The notes beneath the pieces were generated by a model. The model did no database searches. It was not told the DNA's origin and saw only the letters and a list, made by a program, of their open reading frames with translations. The position numbers were made by a program, and so were the translations under genes. Shown in pieces: positions 37,539-49,388 of a stretch of 64,000 nucleotides of DNA (position 1 is the first letter of the stretch; each line of letters begins with the position of its first letter). This DNA comes from an uncultured Mycobacterium sp. GTDB taxonomy: Bacteria; Actinomycetota; Actinomycetes; Mycobacteriales; Mycobacteriaceae. The stretch spans positions 14,575-78,574 of the forward strand of contig CAYTOD010000002.1 of the NCBI GenBank assembly GCA_964439315.1. The letters are read 5' to 3'.

Positions 37539-38614
37539 GGCTGATCCTGGTCGCCGTGGCCATCTCGGTGATGGTGTCGATCCTGCTGACGCCGACTCTG
37601 ATCCGGATGTTCACCCGGCAGGGCTTCGGCCACCAGACCCGGGAGGACGGTCCGCCCAGCCACCACGCCAAGCGGGGCACGCCGTCGATGGGCGGAGTGG
37701 CGATCCTGGCCGGCATCTGGGCCGGGTACCTCGGTTCGCACCTGGTCGGCCTCGCTCTGGACGGCGAAGGCCCGACGGTCTCCGGCCTGCTGGTGTTGGG
37801 CCTGGCCACGGCACTGGGCGGCGTGGGGTTCCTCGATGACCTCATCAAGATCCGGCAGGCCCGCAACCTCGGGTTGAACAAGACCGCCAAGACCATCGGC
37901 CAGATCAGCGCCGCGGTGCTGTTCGGAGTCCTGGTCCTGCAGTTTCCCAACGCAGACGGCCTGACCCCGGGCAGCAACGAGTTGTCCTACGTTCGCGAGA
38001 TCGCCACCGTCACTCTGCCGCCGGCGGTGTTCGTGCTGTTCGTGGTCGTCGTGGTCAGCGCCTGGTCCAACGCGGTGAACTTCACCGACGGCTTGGACGG
38101 ACTGGCGGCCGGCAGCATGGCCATGGTGAGTGCGGCCTACGTGCTGATCACCTTCTGGCAGTACCGCAACGACTGCGCGACCGCCCCGGGCCTGGGCTGC
38201 TACAACGTCCGCGACCCCCTCGACCTGGCCCTCATCGCGGCGTCAACGGCGGGGGCCTGTATCGGATTCCTGTGGTGGAACGCGGCTCCGGCCAAGATCT
38301 TCATGGGCGACACCGGCTCGCTGGCGTTGGGCGGCATCATCGCCGGGCTGTCCGTCACCAGCCGCACCGAGGTGCTGGCGGTGGTGCTGGGTGCACTGTT
38401 CGTCGCCGAGGTGACGTCGGTGGTGCTGCAGATCGTGGCGTTCCGCACCACCGGCCGACGGGTGTTCCGGATGGCGCCGTTCCATCACCACTTCGAGCTT
38501 GTGGGCTGGGCGGAGACAACGGTGATCATCCGATTCTGGCTGCTCACCGCGATCGCCTGTGGGCTGGGCGTGTCGCTGTTCTACAGCGAGTGGCTCGGTG
38601 CCATCGGGGATTAG
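37535..38614 (+). CDS. mraY: Phospho-MurNAc-pentapeptide transferase
   Basis: [38 protein letters not shown]. Confidence 0.98.
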   Translation: MRLILVAVAISVMVSILLTPTLIRMFTRQGFGHQTREDGPPSHHAKRGTPSMGGVAILAGIWAGYLGSHLVGLALDGEGPTVSGLLVLGLATALGGVGFLDDLIKIRQARNLGLNKTAKTIGQISAAVLFGVLVLQFPNADGLTPGSNELSYVREIATVTLPPAVFVLFVVVVVSAWSNAVNFTDGLDGLAAGSMAMVSAAYVLITFWQYRNDCATAPGLGCYNVRDPLDLALIAASTAGACIGFLWWNAAPAKIFMGDTGSLALGGIIAGLSVTSRTEVLAVVLGALFVAEVTSVVLQIVAFRTTGRRVFRMAPFHHHFELVGWAETTVIIRFWLLTAIACGLGVSLFYSEWLGAIGD

Positions 38615-40133
38615 TCCGCTCGGGCCGGGCGCGCGGGTCCTGGTCACCGGAGCCGGGATCACCGGGCGCGCGGTGGTGGCGGCGCTGTCGTCGGAGGTCA
38701 GCGGTGCCGATATCCGGGTCTGCGACGACATCCGGGTCTGTGACGACATCCGGGTCTGTGACGACATCCGGGTCTGTGACGACAACGCCGCAGCGTTGCG
38801 GGTGCTGGCCGACACCGGTGTCGGCACTCTCGCCCCATCGGAGGCGATCGGACGGGTCGATCAGTTCGATCTCGTCGTCACCAGCCCGGGCTTTCCGCCC
38901 ACCGCACCGGTGCTTGCCGCGGCCGCGTCGGCGGGTGTGCCGATCTGGGGCGACGTCGAACTCGCCTGGCGCCTGGACGCGGCGGGCCTTTACGGACCGC
39001 CGCGACGCTGGCTGGTGGTGACCGGTACCAACCGCAAGACCACCACCACGTCGATTCTGCACGCCATGCTGGTGGCCGGCGGCCGGGCCGCGGCGCTGTG
39101 CGGCAACATCGGCGAACCTGTCCTCGACGTGCTCGCCGCGCCATCGGAGCTGCTGGCCGTGGAATTGTCCAGTTTCCAGCTGTTCTGGGCGCCGTCGCTA
39201 CGGCCGGAGGCCGGCGCGGTACTCAACGTCGCCGAGGATCACCTGGACTGGCACGGCGGCTTCGAGGCCTACGCGACCGCGAAAGCCGGTGCGTTGCGGG
39301 GCCGTGTGGCCGTGGCCGGTCTCGACGACCCGCCGGCGGCGGCGCTGCTGGCGGGGTGCCCCGCGCCGGTGAAGGCCGGATTCCGGCTCGGCGAGCCGGG
39401 CCCCGGTGAACTCGGTGTCCGCGACGGCATGCTCGTCGACCGCGCGTTCGCCCCGGCCGGCTCCGGCGGTCTGGAACTGGCTGCGGTCGATTCGATTCCG
39501 GTGGCCGGGCCGGTCGGAATCCTCGACGCGCTGGCCGCCGCCGCACTGGCCAGGGCGGTCGACGTCCCGGCCGGGGCGATCAGCGAGGCGCTCACCGGAT
39601 TCCGGGTGGGCCGGCACCGTGCCGAGACGGTCGGTGTGATCGACGGGGTCCGGTATGTCGACGACTCCAAGGCCACCAACCCGCACGCCGCCGAGGCCTC
39701 GATCCTGGCCTATCCCCGGGTGGTGTGGGTGGCCGGCGGGCTGCTCAAGGGCGCGTCGGTCGACCAGACCGTCGCACGGGTGGCTGACCGCCTGGCCGGA
39801 GCGGTGCTGATCGGCCGCGACCGCGCCGTCTTTGCCAACGCGTTATCGCGACACGCCCCCGATGTCCCGGTCATCCAGGTTGTGACACGGGAGGATGCTG
39901 GGGTGGGTGTGACAAACGAGTCAGCTGTGACGAATGAGACTCGGGTGGTCGATGCCTCGGGGTCGGGGGTTGGGCGCGAAGTGATGTCGGCGGTCGTCGC
40001 CGCGGCGGCAGGTCTGGCCCGCCCGGGTTACACCGTGCTCCTGGCTCCGGCAGGAGCGTCCTTCGATCAGTTCTCCGGTTATGCAGACCGCGGCGATGCC
40101 TTCGCGGCCGCGGTGGACGAGGCGTCCCGGTAA
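38598..40133 (+). CDS. murD: UDP-MurNAc-L-Ala:D-Glu ligase (P-loop reads GTNRKT)
   Basis: [41 protein letters not shown]. Confidence 0.95.
   Translation: MPSGISPLGPGARVLVTGAGITGRAVVAALSSEVSGADIRVCDDIRVCDDIRVCDDIRVCDDNAAALRVLADTGVGTLAPSEAIGRVDQFDLVVTSPGFPPTAPVLAAAASAGVPIWGDVELAWRLDAAGLYGPPRRWLVVTGTNRKTTTTSILHAMLVAGGRAAALCGNIGEPVLDVLAAPSELLAVELSSFQLFWAPSLRPEAGAVLNVAEDHLDWHGGFEAYATAKAGALRGRVAVAGLDDPPAAALLAGCPAPVKAGFRLGEPGPGELGVRDGMLVDRAFAPAGSGGLELAAVDSIPVAGPVGILDALAAAALARAVDVPAGAISEALTGFRVGRHRAETVGVIDGVRYVDDSKATNPHAAEASILAYPRVVWVAGGLLKGASVDQTVARVADRLAGAVLIGRDRAVFANALSRHAPDVPVIQVVTREDAGVGVTNESAVTNETRVVDASGSGVGREVMSAVVAAAAGLARPGYTVLLAPAGASFDQFSGYADRGDAFAAAVDEASR
38709..38786. repeat. In-frame 18-bp tandem repeat x4 in murD
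   Basis: GA(T/C)ATCCGGGTCTG(C/T)GAC at 38709, 38727, 38745 and 38763; encodes DIRVCD. Confidence 0.95.
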
Positions 40134-40137
40134 CACC

Positions 40138-41883
40138 GTGAGCGGGGTCGCTGACGGAAAGACGTCCCGGTTCCTGGGTAAATGGGGGCCGGGCAAGTGG
40201 GGGCGCGGTACGGACACCGCAGGTCCGGATGCCCCGACAGGTGCGGGTGGCGCGACGAGAAGGTTCGCCCCGCCGGCGAAGTTCGGCGCCTGGCTGTCCC
40301 GGCCGATGACGTCGTTCCACCTCATCGTCTCGGTCACCGCGCTGCTCACCACGCTCGGGCTGATCATGGTGCTGTCGGCCTCGGGCGTGCACTCCTACGA
40401 CGAGGACGGGTCGCCGTGGGCGATCTTCCTGCGCCAGGCGATGTGGGCGGCGATCGGCCTGCTGGCCTTCTGGATCGCGCTGCGGTTGCCGGTGAACTTC
40501 CTGCGCAGGACGTCGTTCGCGGCCTTCGCCGTCACGGTCGTGATGCTCGTCCTGGTGCTGATTCCCGGCATCGGCCACCAATCCAACGGCACCCGCGGCT
40601 GGTTCGTCATCGCCGGCCTGTCGTTCCAGCCCTCCGAGATCTGCAAGATCGCGTTCGCGATCTGGGGCGCCAATCTGCTGGCGGCGCGCCGGATGGAGCG
40701 GGCCTCACTCAAGGAGATGCTGGTACCGCTGCTTCCCGCGGCTGTCGTCACGCTCGCGCTGATCGTGATCGAACCCGACCTGGGACAGACCGTGTCGCTG
40801 GGCATCATCCTGCTGGCGCTGCTGTGGTTCGCGGGCCTGCCGCTGAAGGTGTTCGTCAGCTCGCTGGCCGCGGCCCTGGCGGCCGGGGCGGTACTGGCGG
40901 TGTCGGCGGGCTACCGGTCCGACCGGGTGCGGTCCTGGCTGGATCCATCCGCCGACGCCCAGGGCGCGGGATATCAAGCTCGGCAGGCGAAGTACGCCCT
41001 CGCCAACGGCGGGGTCTTCGGCGACGGGCTGGGTCAGAGCACGGCCAAGTGGAACTATCTGCCCAACGCCCACAACGACTTCATCTTCGCGATCATCGGC
41101 GAGGAACTCGGGTTCGTGGGGGCCTTCGGATTGCTGGCACTGTTCGGTCTGTTCGCCTACGCCGGCATGCGGATCGCGAAGCGCTCGGCCGACCCGTTTC
41201 TTCGCCTACTCACCTCCGCGGCCACCGTGTGGGTCGTCGGCCAGGTCTTCATCAACGTCGGCTACGTCGTGGGTCTGCTGCCGGTCACCGGTATCCAGCT
41301 GCCGTTGATCTCGGCGGGCGGAACATCAACGGTGACAACGCTGTTCATGATCGGCCTGGTCGCCAATGCGGCCCGCCACGAACCTGCCGCGGTCGCCGCG
41401 CTGCGGACCGGCCGGGACGACAAGATGAACCGCCTGCTGCGGCTGCCTTTGCCCGAGCCGTATCTGCCCAGCCGGGTCGAGGCACTGCGCGATCGGCTGA
41501 AGACCCGCCCGGAGGGCACCCTGAGGAGCGGGCAACCGGCCAGGGCGGCGAAACCGGCTAAGCCGGCCAAGGCAGCGAAGCCGGCCACGGCGGCGAAGCC
41601 GGCCAAACCTGCTAAGCCGGCCAGGGCCGCCAAACCGGCCGGTCCGGCTCAGCAGGTCAAAGCCGGGGGATCGCCCCGCGCAGCGACACCGCCGCCTCGG
41701 AAACGACCCGCCCCGGCCGCCGCAGCGGGGACGGCCCAGCGGGGCCGCGGACGCGCAGGGCATCATGGAGGAGCCTCTGCGCAGAGGCGTGCCGCCGCGG
41801 CCCAGGGCCACGTCGGTCAAGTAAGCCAGGGTGGTGCCCGTGCGCGGCGCCCCCGACCACTGGAAGGTCAGCGTTACGGGTGA
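40138..41883 (+). CDS. ftsW: Peptidoglycan polymerase FtsW
   Basis: [34 protein letters not shown]; basic C-terminal tail. Confidence 0.97.
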   Translation: MSGVADGKTSRFLGKWGPGKWGRGTDTAGPDAPTGAGGATRRFAPPAKFGAWLSRPMTSFHLIVSVTALLTTLGLIMVLSASGVHSYDEDGSPWAIFLRQAMWAAIGLLAFWIALRLPVNFLRRTSFAAFAVTVVMLVLVLIPGIGHQSNGTRGWFVIAGLSFQPSEICKIAFAIWGANLLAARRMERASLKEMLVPLLPAAVVTLALIVIEPDLGQTVSLGIILLALLWFAGLPLKVFVSSLAAALAAGAVLAVSAGYRSDRVRSWLDPSADAQGAGYQARQAKYALANGGVFGDGLGQSTAKWNYLPNAHNDFIFAIIGEELGFVGAFGLLALFGLFAYAGMRIAKRSADPFLRLLTSAATVWVVGQVFINVGYVVGLLPVTGIQLPLISAGGTSTVTTLFMIGLVANAARHEPAAVAALRTGRDDKMNRLLRLPLPEPYLPSRVEALRDRLKTRPEGTLRSGQPARAAKPAKPAKAAKPATAAKPAKPAKPARAAKPAGPAQQVKAGGSPRAATPPPRKRPAPAAAAGTAQRGRGRAGHHGGASAQRRAAAAQGHVGQVSQGGARARRPRPLEGQRYG

Positions 41884-43025
41884 GCGCCTCGAGGATCTCG
41901 GTCGTCCTCGCCGGCGGCGGCACCGCCGGGCACGTCGAACCGGCGATGGCCGTCGCCGACGCGTTGACCGCGCTGGACCCTGGGGTCCGCATCACCGCAC
42001 TGGGCACCGCCCGGGGCTTGGAGACCCGGCTGGTTCCTGAACGCGGCTACTCCCTCGAATTGGTCACCCCGGTTCCGTTGCCGCGAAAGCTCAACGCCGA
42101 TTTGTTCCGGCTGCCCGGCCGGGTCCGCCGTTCGGTCCGGGAGACCCGAGCCGTGCTCGACAGCGTGAACGCCGACGTGGTCGTGGGCTTCGGCGGTTAC
42201 GTCTCGGTGCCGGCCTACCTCGCAGCCCGGGGTGGTGTGTCGGGCCGTCGCCGGATTCCGGTGGTGGTGCACGAGGCCAACGCCCGGGCCGGGCTGGCCA
42301 ACCGCCTGGGGGCGCGCACCGCGGTTCGGGTGCTGGCCGCGGTGCCCGACTCAGGGCTGCGCGACGCCGAGGTGGTCGGCATGCCGCTGCGGGCGTCGAT
42401 CACCGGACTGGATCGTCCCGCGCTGCGGGCCCGGGCCCGCGCCCACTTCGGATTCGCCGACGACGCCCGGGTGCTGTTGGTCTTCGGCGGTTCGCAGGGT
42501 GCGGCGTCGATCAACCGCGCGGTCTCAGCCGCGGCCACCGAGCTCGCCGACGCCGGTATCTCCGTCCTGCACGCGCACGGCCCCAAGAACACCCTGGATC
42601 TGCCCGCACCCCGCCCCGGGGACCCGCCCTATGTCGCGGTGCCCTATCTGGACCGGATGGACCTGGCCTATGCGGCGGCGGATCTCGCCATCTGCCGTTC
42701 GGGCGCGATGACTGTCGCCGAGGTGTCCGCGGTCGGACTGCCCGCGGTCTACGTGCCGCTGCCCATCGGCAACGGCGAACAACGGCTCAACGCCCTTCCC
42801 GTGGTGCAGGCCGGCGGGGGAGTGCTGGTGGGCGACTCCGAGCTGACCCCGGCTTTCGTCGGCGGTGAGGTGGTGCGACTGTTGACCGACGGCACCGGAC
42901 TGGCGGCGATGACGGCGGCAGCGGCAGGTGTCGGCCACCGGGATGCCGCCCGCCGGGTGGCTGAGGTGGTCCTCGAAGTGGCTCGCCAGGGAGGCCGTGA
43001 CGCACACCGGAGGGCGCTGAGATGA
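41880..43025 (+). CDS. murG: Lipid II GlcNAc transferase
   Basis: GGGTAGH, GFGGY, HEAN, FGGSQGA, RSGAMT, GEQRLNA. Confidence 0.98.
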   Translation: MSASRISVVLAGGGTAGHVEPAMAVADALTALDPGVRITALGTARGLETRLVPERGYSLELVTPVPLPRKLNADLFRLPGRVRRSVRETRAVLDSVNADVVVGFGGYVSVPAYLAARGGVSGRRRIPVVVHEANARAGLANRLGARTAVRVLAAVPDSGLRDAEVVGMPLRASITGLDRPALRARARAHFGFADDARVLLVFGGSQGAASINRAVSAAATELADAGISVLHAHGPKNTLDLPAPRPGDPPYVAVPYLDRMDLAYAAADLAICRSGAMTVAEVSAVGLPAVYVPLPIGNGEQRLNALPVVQAGGGVLVGDSELTPAFVGGEVVRLLTDGTGLAAMTAAAAGVGHRDAARRVAEVVLEVARQGGRDAHRRALR

Positions 43026-44518
43026 GTGATCCGACAACGGATTCCACGACGGCACCTCGCCGCCGGACTCTCCCCCCGGAGCTTCAGCGTGTTCATATGG
43101 TGGGAATCGGCGGGGCCGGAATGTCCGGTATCGCCCGCATCCTGCTGGACCGCGGGGGGCAGGTCTCGGGTTCGGACGCCAAGGAGTCCCGCGGGGTGGC
43201 CGCATTGCGGGCTCGCGGCGCCGCGATCAGCATCGGCCACGACCCGGCGAACCTCGACCTGTTGCCCGGCGGGCCGACCGCCGTCATCACCACCCATGCC
43301 GCGATCCCCAAGACCAACCCGGAACTGGTTGAGGCCCGCCGCCGCGCGATTCCGGTGATCCTGCGACCCGCCGTGCTGGCCAAGCTGATGGCGGGCCACC
43401 GGACGCTGCTGGTGTCCGGCACCCACGGCAAGACCACCACCACCTCGATGTTGATCGTGGCGTTGCAGCACAGCGGTTTTGACCCGTCGTTCGCGGTCGG
43501 CGGCGACCTGGGCGAAGCCGGGACCAATGCTCACCACGGCAGTGGTGACACTTTCGTGGCCGAGGCCGACGAGTCGGACGGATCGCTGTTGGAGTACACC
43601 CCCGACGTTGCCGTGGTGACCAATATCGAAGCCGATCACCTGGACTTCTTCGGCAGCCCCGCGGCCTATACGCAGGTGTTCGACGATTTCGTCGAACGGC
43701 TGGCACCGGGCGGTGCGCTGGTGGTGTGTGTGGACGACCCGGGTGCGGCTGCACTTGCCGAACGCAGTGCGGCCCTTGGGGTTCGGGTGCTCCGCTACGG
43801 CAGCGCCGAGCCGTCGGACACCGGCCATCTCGCCGGGGCGCTGGTCGGCTGGGAACAGCACGGCACCGGTGCGGTGGCCGAGATCAAGCTGGCCGGCGAA
43901 CCGCGTTCACGCACCATGCGCCTGGCGGTTCCGGGCCGGCACATGGCCCTGAACGCACTCGGTGCGGTGCTGGCCGCCGTCGAAGCCGGCGCTCCGGTGC
44001 AGGATGTGCTGGACGGACTGGCCGGATTCGAGGGCGTGCGACGCCGCTTCGAACTGGTGGGAACCGCCGGCGGCGTGAGGGTTTTCGACGACTACGCGCA
44101 CCATCCCACCGAGGTTCTCGCGGCTCTGACCGCCCTGCGCGCGGTCGCGCGGCAGGACAAGACCGGACACTCCACCGTGGTCGGTGCGCGCAGCATCGTG
44201 GTGTTCCAGCCGCACTTGTATTCCCGGACAAGAACGTTCGCGCGAGAATTCGGGGAGGCGCTGGGCCACGCCGACGAGGTTTTCCTCCTGGACGTCTATG
44301 CCGCGCGTGAGCAACCGCTGCCCGGGGTGAGTGGCGCCACCATCGCCGAGCACATCAAGGCCCCGGTGCGGTATCTGCCGGATTTCTCGACCGTCGCCGC
44401 CCAGGTGGCTGCGGCCGCACGGCCGGGGGACGTGGTGGTCACGATGGGGGCCGGTGACGTAACGCTGCTGGGCCCGGAAATCATTGCGGCCCTGAACCGT
44501 TCGGCGGGGTACCGGTGA
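43022..44518 (+). CDS. murC: UDP-MurNAc:L-Ala ligase
   Basis: [38 protein letters not shown]. Confidence 0.98.
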   Translation: MSDPTTDSTTAPRRRTLPPELQRVHMVGIGGAGMSGIARILLDRGGQVSGSDAKESRGVAALRARGAAISIGHDPANLDLLPGGPTAVITTHAAIPKTNPELVEARRRAIPVILRPAVLAKLMAGHRTLLVSGTHGKTTTTSMLIVALQHSGFDPSFAVGGDLGEAGTNAHHGSGDTFVAEADESDGSLLEYTPDVAVVTNIEADHLDFFGSPAAYTQVFDDFVERLAPGGALVVCVDDPGAAALAERSAALGVRVLRYGSAEPSDTGHLAGALVGWEQHGTGAVAEIKLAGEPRSRTMRLAVPGRHMALNALGAVLAAVEAGAPVQDVLDGLAGFEGVRRRFELVGTAGGVRVFDDYAHHPTEVLAALTALRAVARQDKTGHSTVVGARSIVVFQPHLYSRTRTFAREFGEALGHADEVFLLDVYAAREQPLPGVSGATIAEHIKAPVRYLPDFSTVAAQVAAAARPGDVVVTMGAGDVTLLGPEIIAALNRSAGYR

Positions 44519-45507
44519 GCGGACCGCCCGAGGCTCCTATGCCGGGGAACGGGCGGAACAACGAGGAAGACGACGACGGCAACGTCGATCTCGAGACCGA
44601 ACCGGCGGCTGACGCCGCGACCGAGCCGGCTTCGCCGCCCGGGTCGGGCGAATCGGGGGAGCCGGCCGAGGCGGGCGAGGAGGCCGTCGACCTCGAGGGC
44701 CCGCGCCGTCGGGCCCGGAGGGAACGGGCCGAGCGCAGGGCCGCCCAGGAGCGGGCGATGGCTATCGAGCAGGCCCGCCGCGAGGCCAAACGTCGCGCCC
44801 GGGGCCAACTCTCGGCCGACCCGGTCAAGCCGGGTGTCGACTCGGTCAAAGGTCTCAGGACGCTGATCTGGCTCGTGGTACTCAGCGTGGTGACCGTGGG
44901 CCTCGGTCTGGTGCTGTACTTCACCCCGCTGATGTCGGCGCGATCGCTCGACGTCCTTGGTCTTGCAGCGGTGTCCCGCGAGGAGGTGGTCGACGCCGCT
45001 CAGGTCCGCATCGGCACGCCGCTGCTGCAGATCGACACCGACGAGGTGGCGGACCGGGTCGCCGGCATCCGCCGGGTGGGCACCGTGCGGGTTCAGCGCG
45101 AGTACCCGTCCGCGCTACGGATCACCGTCGTCGAGCGCGAACCCCTGGTGGTCAAAGACTTCGCCGACGGTCCTCACCTCTTCGATAGGGACGGCGTGGA
45201 TTTCGCGACCGCGCCGCCGCCGCCGGGATTGCCCTATCTCGATGTCGAGAACCCCGGACCGGGCGACCCGCCCACGATGGCCGCGCTGGAGGTCATGACG
45301 GCGTTGCGGCCCGAAGTGGTGGCCCAGGTCAGCCGCGTCGCGGCTCCATCGGTGTCCTCGGTCACGCTGACGCTGAGCGACGGCCGGACCGTGGTGTGGG
45401 GAACCACCGACCGGACCGAGGAGAAGGCCCAGGAGCTCGCCGCGCTGCTCACCCAGCCCGGCCGCGTGTACGACGTATCGAGCCCGGAACTGCCCACGGT
45501 CAAGTAG
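44515..45507 (+). CDS. ftsQ: Cell division protein FtsQ
   Basis: Acidic/basic N-terminus, TM helix, POTRA domain, [12 protein letters not shown]. Confidence 0.96.
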   Translation: MSGPPEAPMPGNGRNNEEDDDGNVDLETEPAADAATEPASPPGSGESGEPAEAGEEAVDLEGPRRRARRERAERRAAQERAMAIEQARREAKRRARGQLSADPVKPGVDSVKGLRTLIWLVVLSVVTVGLGLVLYFTPLMSARSLDVLGLAAVSREEVVDAAQVRIGTPLLQIDTDEVADRVAGIRRVGTVRVQREYPSALRITVVEREPLVVKDFADGPHLFDRDGVDFATAPPPPGLPYLDVENPGPGDPPTMAALEVMTALRPEVVAQVSRVAAPSVSSVTLTLSDGRTVVWGTTDRTEEKAQELAALLTQPGRVYDVSSPELPTVK

Positions 45508-45521
45508 CCGTACCCCGACGG

Positions 45522-45644
45522 TCCCGCCGGTCCTCGGCCCGGCGGCGCACTCCCGCCGGTCCTCCGCCCTGCGGCGCCCTCTCGCCGTCCTCGGCCCGGC
45601 GGCGCCCTCCCGCCGTCCTCGGCCCGGCGTTGCCGTCCCGCCGG
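45522..45644. repeat. 28-29-bp tandem repeat (about 4.3 copies) between ftsQ and ftsZ
   Basis: TCCCGCC(G)GTCCTCGGCCCGGCGGCGCCC-like units at 45522, 45551, 45580, 45608 and 45636. Confidence 0.9.
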
Positions 45645-45654
45645 AAATTCCTCG

Positions 45655-45760
45655 CGACACGTCGGCGCGCCTCCCCAATCCGGCGCGGCTCGGTCCTAAG
45701 TTCTGAACCACGGCCCAACTTGACATAACTCTAAGCCTCTGGTTGAGGTTGAGGGTTTGA
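45655..45760 (+). promoter_or_regulatory. ftsZ promoter region
   Basis: GCGACAC (WhiA-type GACAC) at about 45654-45660, TAAGTT at 45697, TTGACATAACTCTAAGCC block at 45720, recalled as conserved upstream of mycobacterial ftsZ. Confidence 0.55.
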
Positions 45761-45808
45761 CCAGGGAAGTCGCACCCGCCTCGAGTCCCACCACGGAGGA
45801 AGACAGAC

Positions 45809-47002
45809 ATGACCCCACCGCACAACTACCTCGCCGTCATCAAGGTCGTTGGCATCGGCGGCGGTGGTGTTAACGCCGTCAACCGGATGATCGAACAAGG
45901 GCTGAAGGGCGTCGAGTTCATCGCCATCAACACCGACGCGCAAGCGCTGCTGATGAGTGACGCCGACGTCAAGCTCGACGTCGGCCGGGACTCCACCCGC
46001 GGCCTCGGCGCCGGCGCGGATCCGGAGGTGGGCCGCAAGGCCGCCGAGGACGCGAAGGACGAGATCGAGGAACTGCTGCGCGGCGCCGACATGGTGTTCG
46101 TGACGGCCGGCGAAGGCGGCGGCACCGGCACCGGCGGCGCGCCGGTGGTGGCCAACATCGCCCGCAAGCTCGGCGCGCTGACCGTCGGCGTTGTCACCCG
46201 GCCGTTCTCTTTCGAGGGCAAGCGTCGTGCCGGCCAGGCGGAGAACGGAATCACGTCTCTGCGGGAGAGCTGCGACACCCTGATCGTCATCCCCAATGAT
46301 CGGTTGCTCCAGATGGGCGACGCCAACGTCTCCCTGATGGACGCTTTCCGCAGCGCCGACGAGGTCTTGCTCAACGGCGTGCAGGGCATCACCGACCTGA
46401 TCACCACCCCGGGCCTGATCAATGTGGACTTCGCCGACGTCAAGGGCGTCATGAGCGGCGCGGGCACCGCCCTGATGGGCATCGGTTCGTCGCGGGGCGA
46501 GGGCCGCGCACTGCGGGCCGCCGAGATCGCGATCAACTCCCCGCTGCTGGAGGCCTCGATGGAGGGCGCCCAGGGTGTGCTGATGTCCATCGCCGGTGGC
46601 AGCGACCTGGGGCTGTTCGAGATCAACGAAGCCGCCTCACTGGTTCAGGACGCCGCGCACCCGGAAGCCAACATCATCTTCGGTACCGTGATCGACGACT
46701 CGCTCGGCGACGAGGTCCGCGTGACGGTGATCGCCGCCGGCTTCGACGCCAACGGAGGCAACCGCAAGCCCATCACCACCGCTCCGGCCGTCGCGCCCGG
46801 CGCCGGGGCCCACGCGGCTCCCGCGACGCCGGCGTCCTCGACCATCGCGGCCGGCGCTGCGGGCCAGGTGAACCCGTCGATCTTCGAGCAGGTGCAGGTC
46901 CAGCCGCTCGAGCCGGTCGGCGTTGCCGCGCACACCAACGGTGCCTCGCGATTCGGTGATGACGACGACGACGTCGACGTCCCGCCGTTCATGCGGCACT
47001 GA
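45809..47002 (+). CDS. ftsZ: Cell division protein FtsZ
   Basis: GGGTGTG tubulin signature, [22 protein letters not shown]. Confidence 0.99.
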   Translation: MTPPHNYLAVIKVVGIGGGGVNAVNRMIEQGLKGVEFIAINTDAQALLMSDADVKLDVGRDSTRGLGAGADPEVGRKAAEDAKDEIEELLRGADMVFVTAGEGGGTGTGGAPVVANIARKLGALTVGVVTRPFSFEGKRRAGQAENGITSLRESCDTLIVIPNDRLLQMGDANVSLMDAFRSADEVLLNGVQGITDLITTPGLINVDFADVKGVMSGAGTALMGIGSSRGEGRALRAAEIAINSPLLEASMEGAQGVLMSIAGGSDLGLFEINEAASLVQDAAHPEANIIFGTVIDDSLGDEVRVTVIAAGFDANGGNRKPITTAPAVAPGAGAHAAPATPASSTIAAGAAGQVNPSIFEQVQVQPLEPVGVAAHTNGASRFGDDDDDVDVPPFMRH

Positions 47003-47056
47003 GTTTCTGATTTGGCACTGAGCCGTTGATACGGCACTGAGTCCGGAGGTTTCCCG

Positions 47057-47770
47057 GTGAGCGTTCGCATCCGGCGCGTCACCACCACCAGAGCTGGGGG
47101 AGCGTCGGCCCCGCCGTTCGACTCCTTCAATCTCGGCGATCACGTCGGAGACGATCCGGCCGCCGTGGCGGCGAACCGCGCACGGTTGGCCGCGGCAATC
47201 GGACTCGCCCCTGACCACGTGGTGTGGATGAACCAGGTCCACAGCGACCACGTTGAGATCGTCGCCGAGCCCCGCACCGGCGCCCTGGACGCCACCGACG
47301 CCCTGGTGACGGCGACTCCGGGTCTCGCCCTTGCGGTGGTGACCGCGGATTGCGTCCCGGTCCTGCTGTCCGACGCGCGGGCAGGTGTGATCGGTGCGGT
47401 GCACGCGGGCCGGGTCGGTGCGGCCAACGGAGTGGTACTGCGCACGGTGGAGGCCATGCAGTCTCTCGGTGCTCACCTCCCCGACATTTCGGCCCTGTTG
47501 GGACCCGCCGTCAGCGGTACCAACTACGAGGTTCCCGAACAGATGGCCGCCGACGTCGAGACCCGGCTGCCCGGAAGCCGCACCACGACCGCGCGGGGCA
47601 CCCCGGCGCTGGATCTGCGCGCCGGCCTCGCCCGGCAACTCAGCGAGCTCGGGGTGCGCTCGATCGACGTCGACCCCCGCTGCACCGTCGCCGATCCCGC
47701 CCTGTTCAGCCACCGCCGGGACGCACCGACCGGTCGCCTGGCGTCGGTGGTGTGGATGGAATCGGCCTGA
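47057..47770 (+). CDS. pgeF: Peptidoglycan editing factor / purine nucleoside phosphorylase (YfiH)
   Basis: NLGDHVGD, MNQVHS, TADCVPVLL, HAGR, FSHRR. Confidence 0.95.
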   Translation: MSVRIRRVTTTRAGGASAPPFDSFNLGDHVGDDPAAVAANRARLAAAIGLAPDHVVWMNQVHSDHVEIVAEPRTGALDATDALVTATPGLALAVVTADCVPVLLSDARAGVIGAVHAGRVGAANGVVLRTVEAMQSLGAHLPDISALLGPAVSGTNYEVPEQMAADVETRLPGSRTTTARGTPALDLRAGLARQLSELGVRSIDVDPRCTVADPALFSHRRDAPTGRLASVVWMESA

Positions 47771-47771
47771 C

Positions 47772-48557
47772 ATGACGCCGGGCCACTTCGAGAGAGAGAG
47801 CTTTCTCGAGAACGGCGAGCGGGTTGCGGAGTTGACCGCGAGCCTGGCCGCTCTGCGTGCTCGGCTGGCCCGGGCCGCCGACGCCGCGGGCCGGCCGCCG
47901 GAGCAGATCGTGCTGCTCCCGGTCACCAAATTCTTCCCGGTCACCGACGTTGCGATCCTCTGGCGGCTGGGCTGCCGCGCTTTCGGCGAGTCGCGGGTCC
48001 AGGAAGCGGCGGTCAAGGTGGCCGAGTTCGACCGGCTGACCGGTGCCGGCGACGACGGTCGGCCACGGTGGCACATGATCGGCCAGATTCAGCGCAACAA
48101 AGCGAAAAGTATTGCGGCCTGGGCTGATACGGCCCATTCGGTGAGCACCGCCAAGGTCGCCGATGCCCTGGATCGCGCCGTTGCCGAGGCGCTGGCCGAG
48201 GGCCGGCGCGGTGCCCCGATGCGGGTGCTGATCCAGATCAGCCTCGACGGCGACACCGCCCGCGGCGGCGTGGACGTGGGCGATCCGGGTGCAGTCGACG
48301 CGTTGTGCGACCGAGTTGCCGAGGCCGAGGCACTCACCCTGGCCGGGTTGATGGCCGTGGCGCCGCTGGGCGCCGACCCCGATCAGGCCTTCGCCGCGCT
48401 GTCCGACGAGCACCGCCGCGTGCTGCGTGCGCACCCCTCGGCCACCGAACTCTCGGCCGGCATGTCGCACGACCTGGAGGCCGCCGTGCGACACGGCTCG
48501 ACATGCGTGCGTGTCGGTACGGCGCTTATGGGGCCGCGTCCTCTAACGTCTCCCTAA
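47772..48557 (+). CDS. yggS: PLP homeostasis protein
   Basis: VTKFF, GESRVQE, WHMIGQIQRNK, SAGMSHD, VRVGTALMG. Confidence 0.96.
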   Translation: MTPGHFERESFLENGERVAELTASLAALRARLARAADAAGRPPEQIVLLPVTKFFPVTDVAILWRLGCRAFGESRVQEAAVKVAEFDRLTGAGDDGRPRWHMIGQIQRNKAKSIAAWADTAHSVSTAKVADALDRAVAEALAEGRRGAPMRVLIQISLDGDTARGGVDVGDPGAVDALCDRVAEAEALTLAGLMAVAPLGADPDQAFAALSDEHRRVLRAHPSATELSAGMSHDLEAAVRHGSTCVRVGTALMGPRPLTSP

Positions 48558-48640
48558 GTATTCACTCCAGTCACAGGCTTATCACAAACACCTAGCACCA
48601 CAGACAACCCAAAATCCCAGATTCAGAAGGGTTCCCGCGG

Positions 48641-49348
48641 ATGAGCACTCTGCACAAGGTCAAGGCTTACTTCGGTATGGCACCGATGGACGACTACGAG
48701 GACGAGTACTACGAGGACGACCGCGAGAGCGGCACCTCCCGCGGCCGCGGCAGTTCCCGCCGCGCCGAGCGCTTCGAGGACGCCGGGTACGAGCGCTCCG
48801 AGCGGCCCGGCCGCTACGAGGGCAACGACTACGGAGACCACGGCTACGGAGATCACGGTTACGCGGAGCGGGAAGCCGACTACGCGCCCACCGGCGGGTT
48901 CCGGGCCGGCTACGAGGGTGGCTACTCCGACGAACCCCGGTTCCGCCCGCGCGAGTTCGACCACGACATGCAGCGCTCCCGGTTCGCACCCCTGCGCGGG
49001 TCGTCGACCCGCGGCGCGCTGGCGATGGATCCGCGCCGGATGGCGGTGCTGTTCGAAGAGGGCAGCCCGCTCTCGAAGATCACCACGCTGCGGCCCAAGG
49101 ACTACAGCGAGGCCCGCACCATCGGTGAGCGCTTCCGGGATGGCCAGCCGGTCATCATGGACCTTGTCTCCATGGAGAACGCCGATGCCAAGCGGCTCGT
49201 CGACTTCGCCGCCGGTCTGGCGTTCGCCCTCCGCGGATCCTTCGACAAGGTGGCCACCAAGGTCTTCCTGCTGGCGCCCGCCGATGTCGACGTCAGCGCC
49301 GAGGAGCGGCGCCGTATCGCCGAGGCCGGCTTCTACAGCTATCAGTAG
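48641..49348 (+). CDS. sepF: Cell division protein SepF
   Basis: [36 protein letters not shown]. Confidence 0.97.
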   Translation: MSTLHKVKAYFGMAPMDDYEDEYYEDDRESGTSRGRGSSRRAERFEDAGYERSERPGRYEGNDYGDHGYGDHGYAEREADYAPTGGFRAGYEGGYSDEPRFRPREFDHDMQRSRFAPLRGSSTRGALAMDPRRMAVLFEEGSPLSKITTLRPKDYSEARTIGERFRDGQPVIMDLVSMENADAKRLVDFAAGLAFALRGSFDKVATKVFLLAPADVDVSAEERRRIAEAGFYSYQ

Positions 49349-49388
49349 CCGGCCGGCCGCCGGCAGAGCTATCAGTAGGCTGGCGTAG

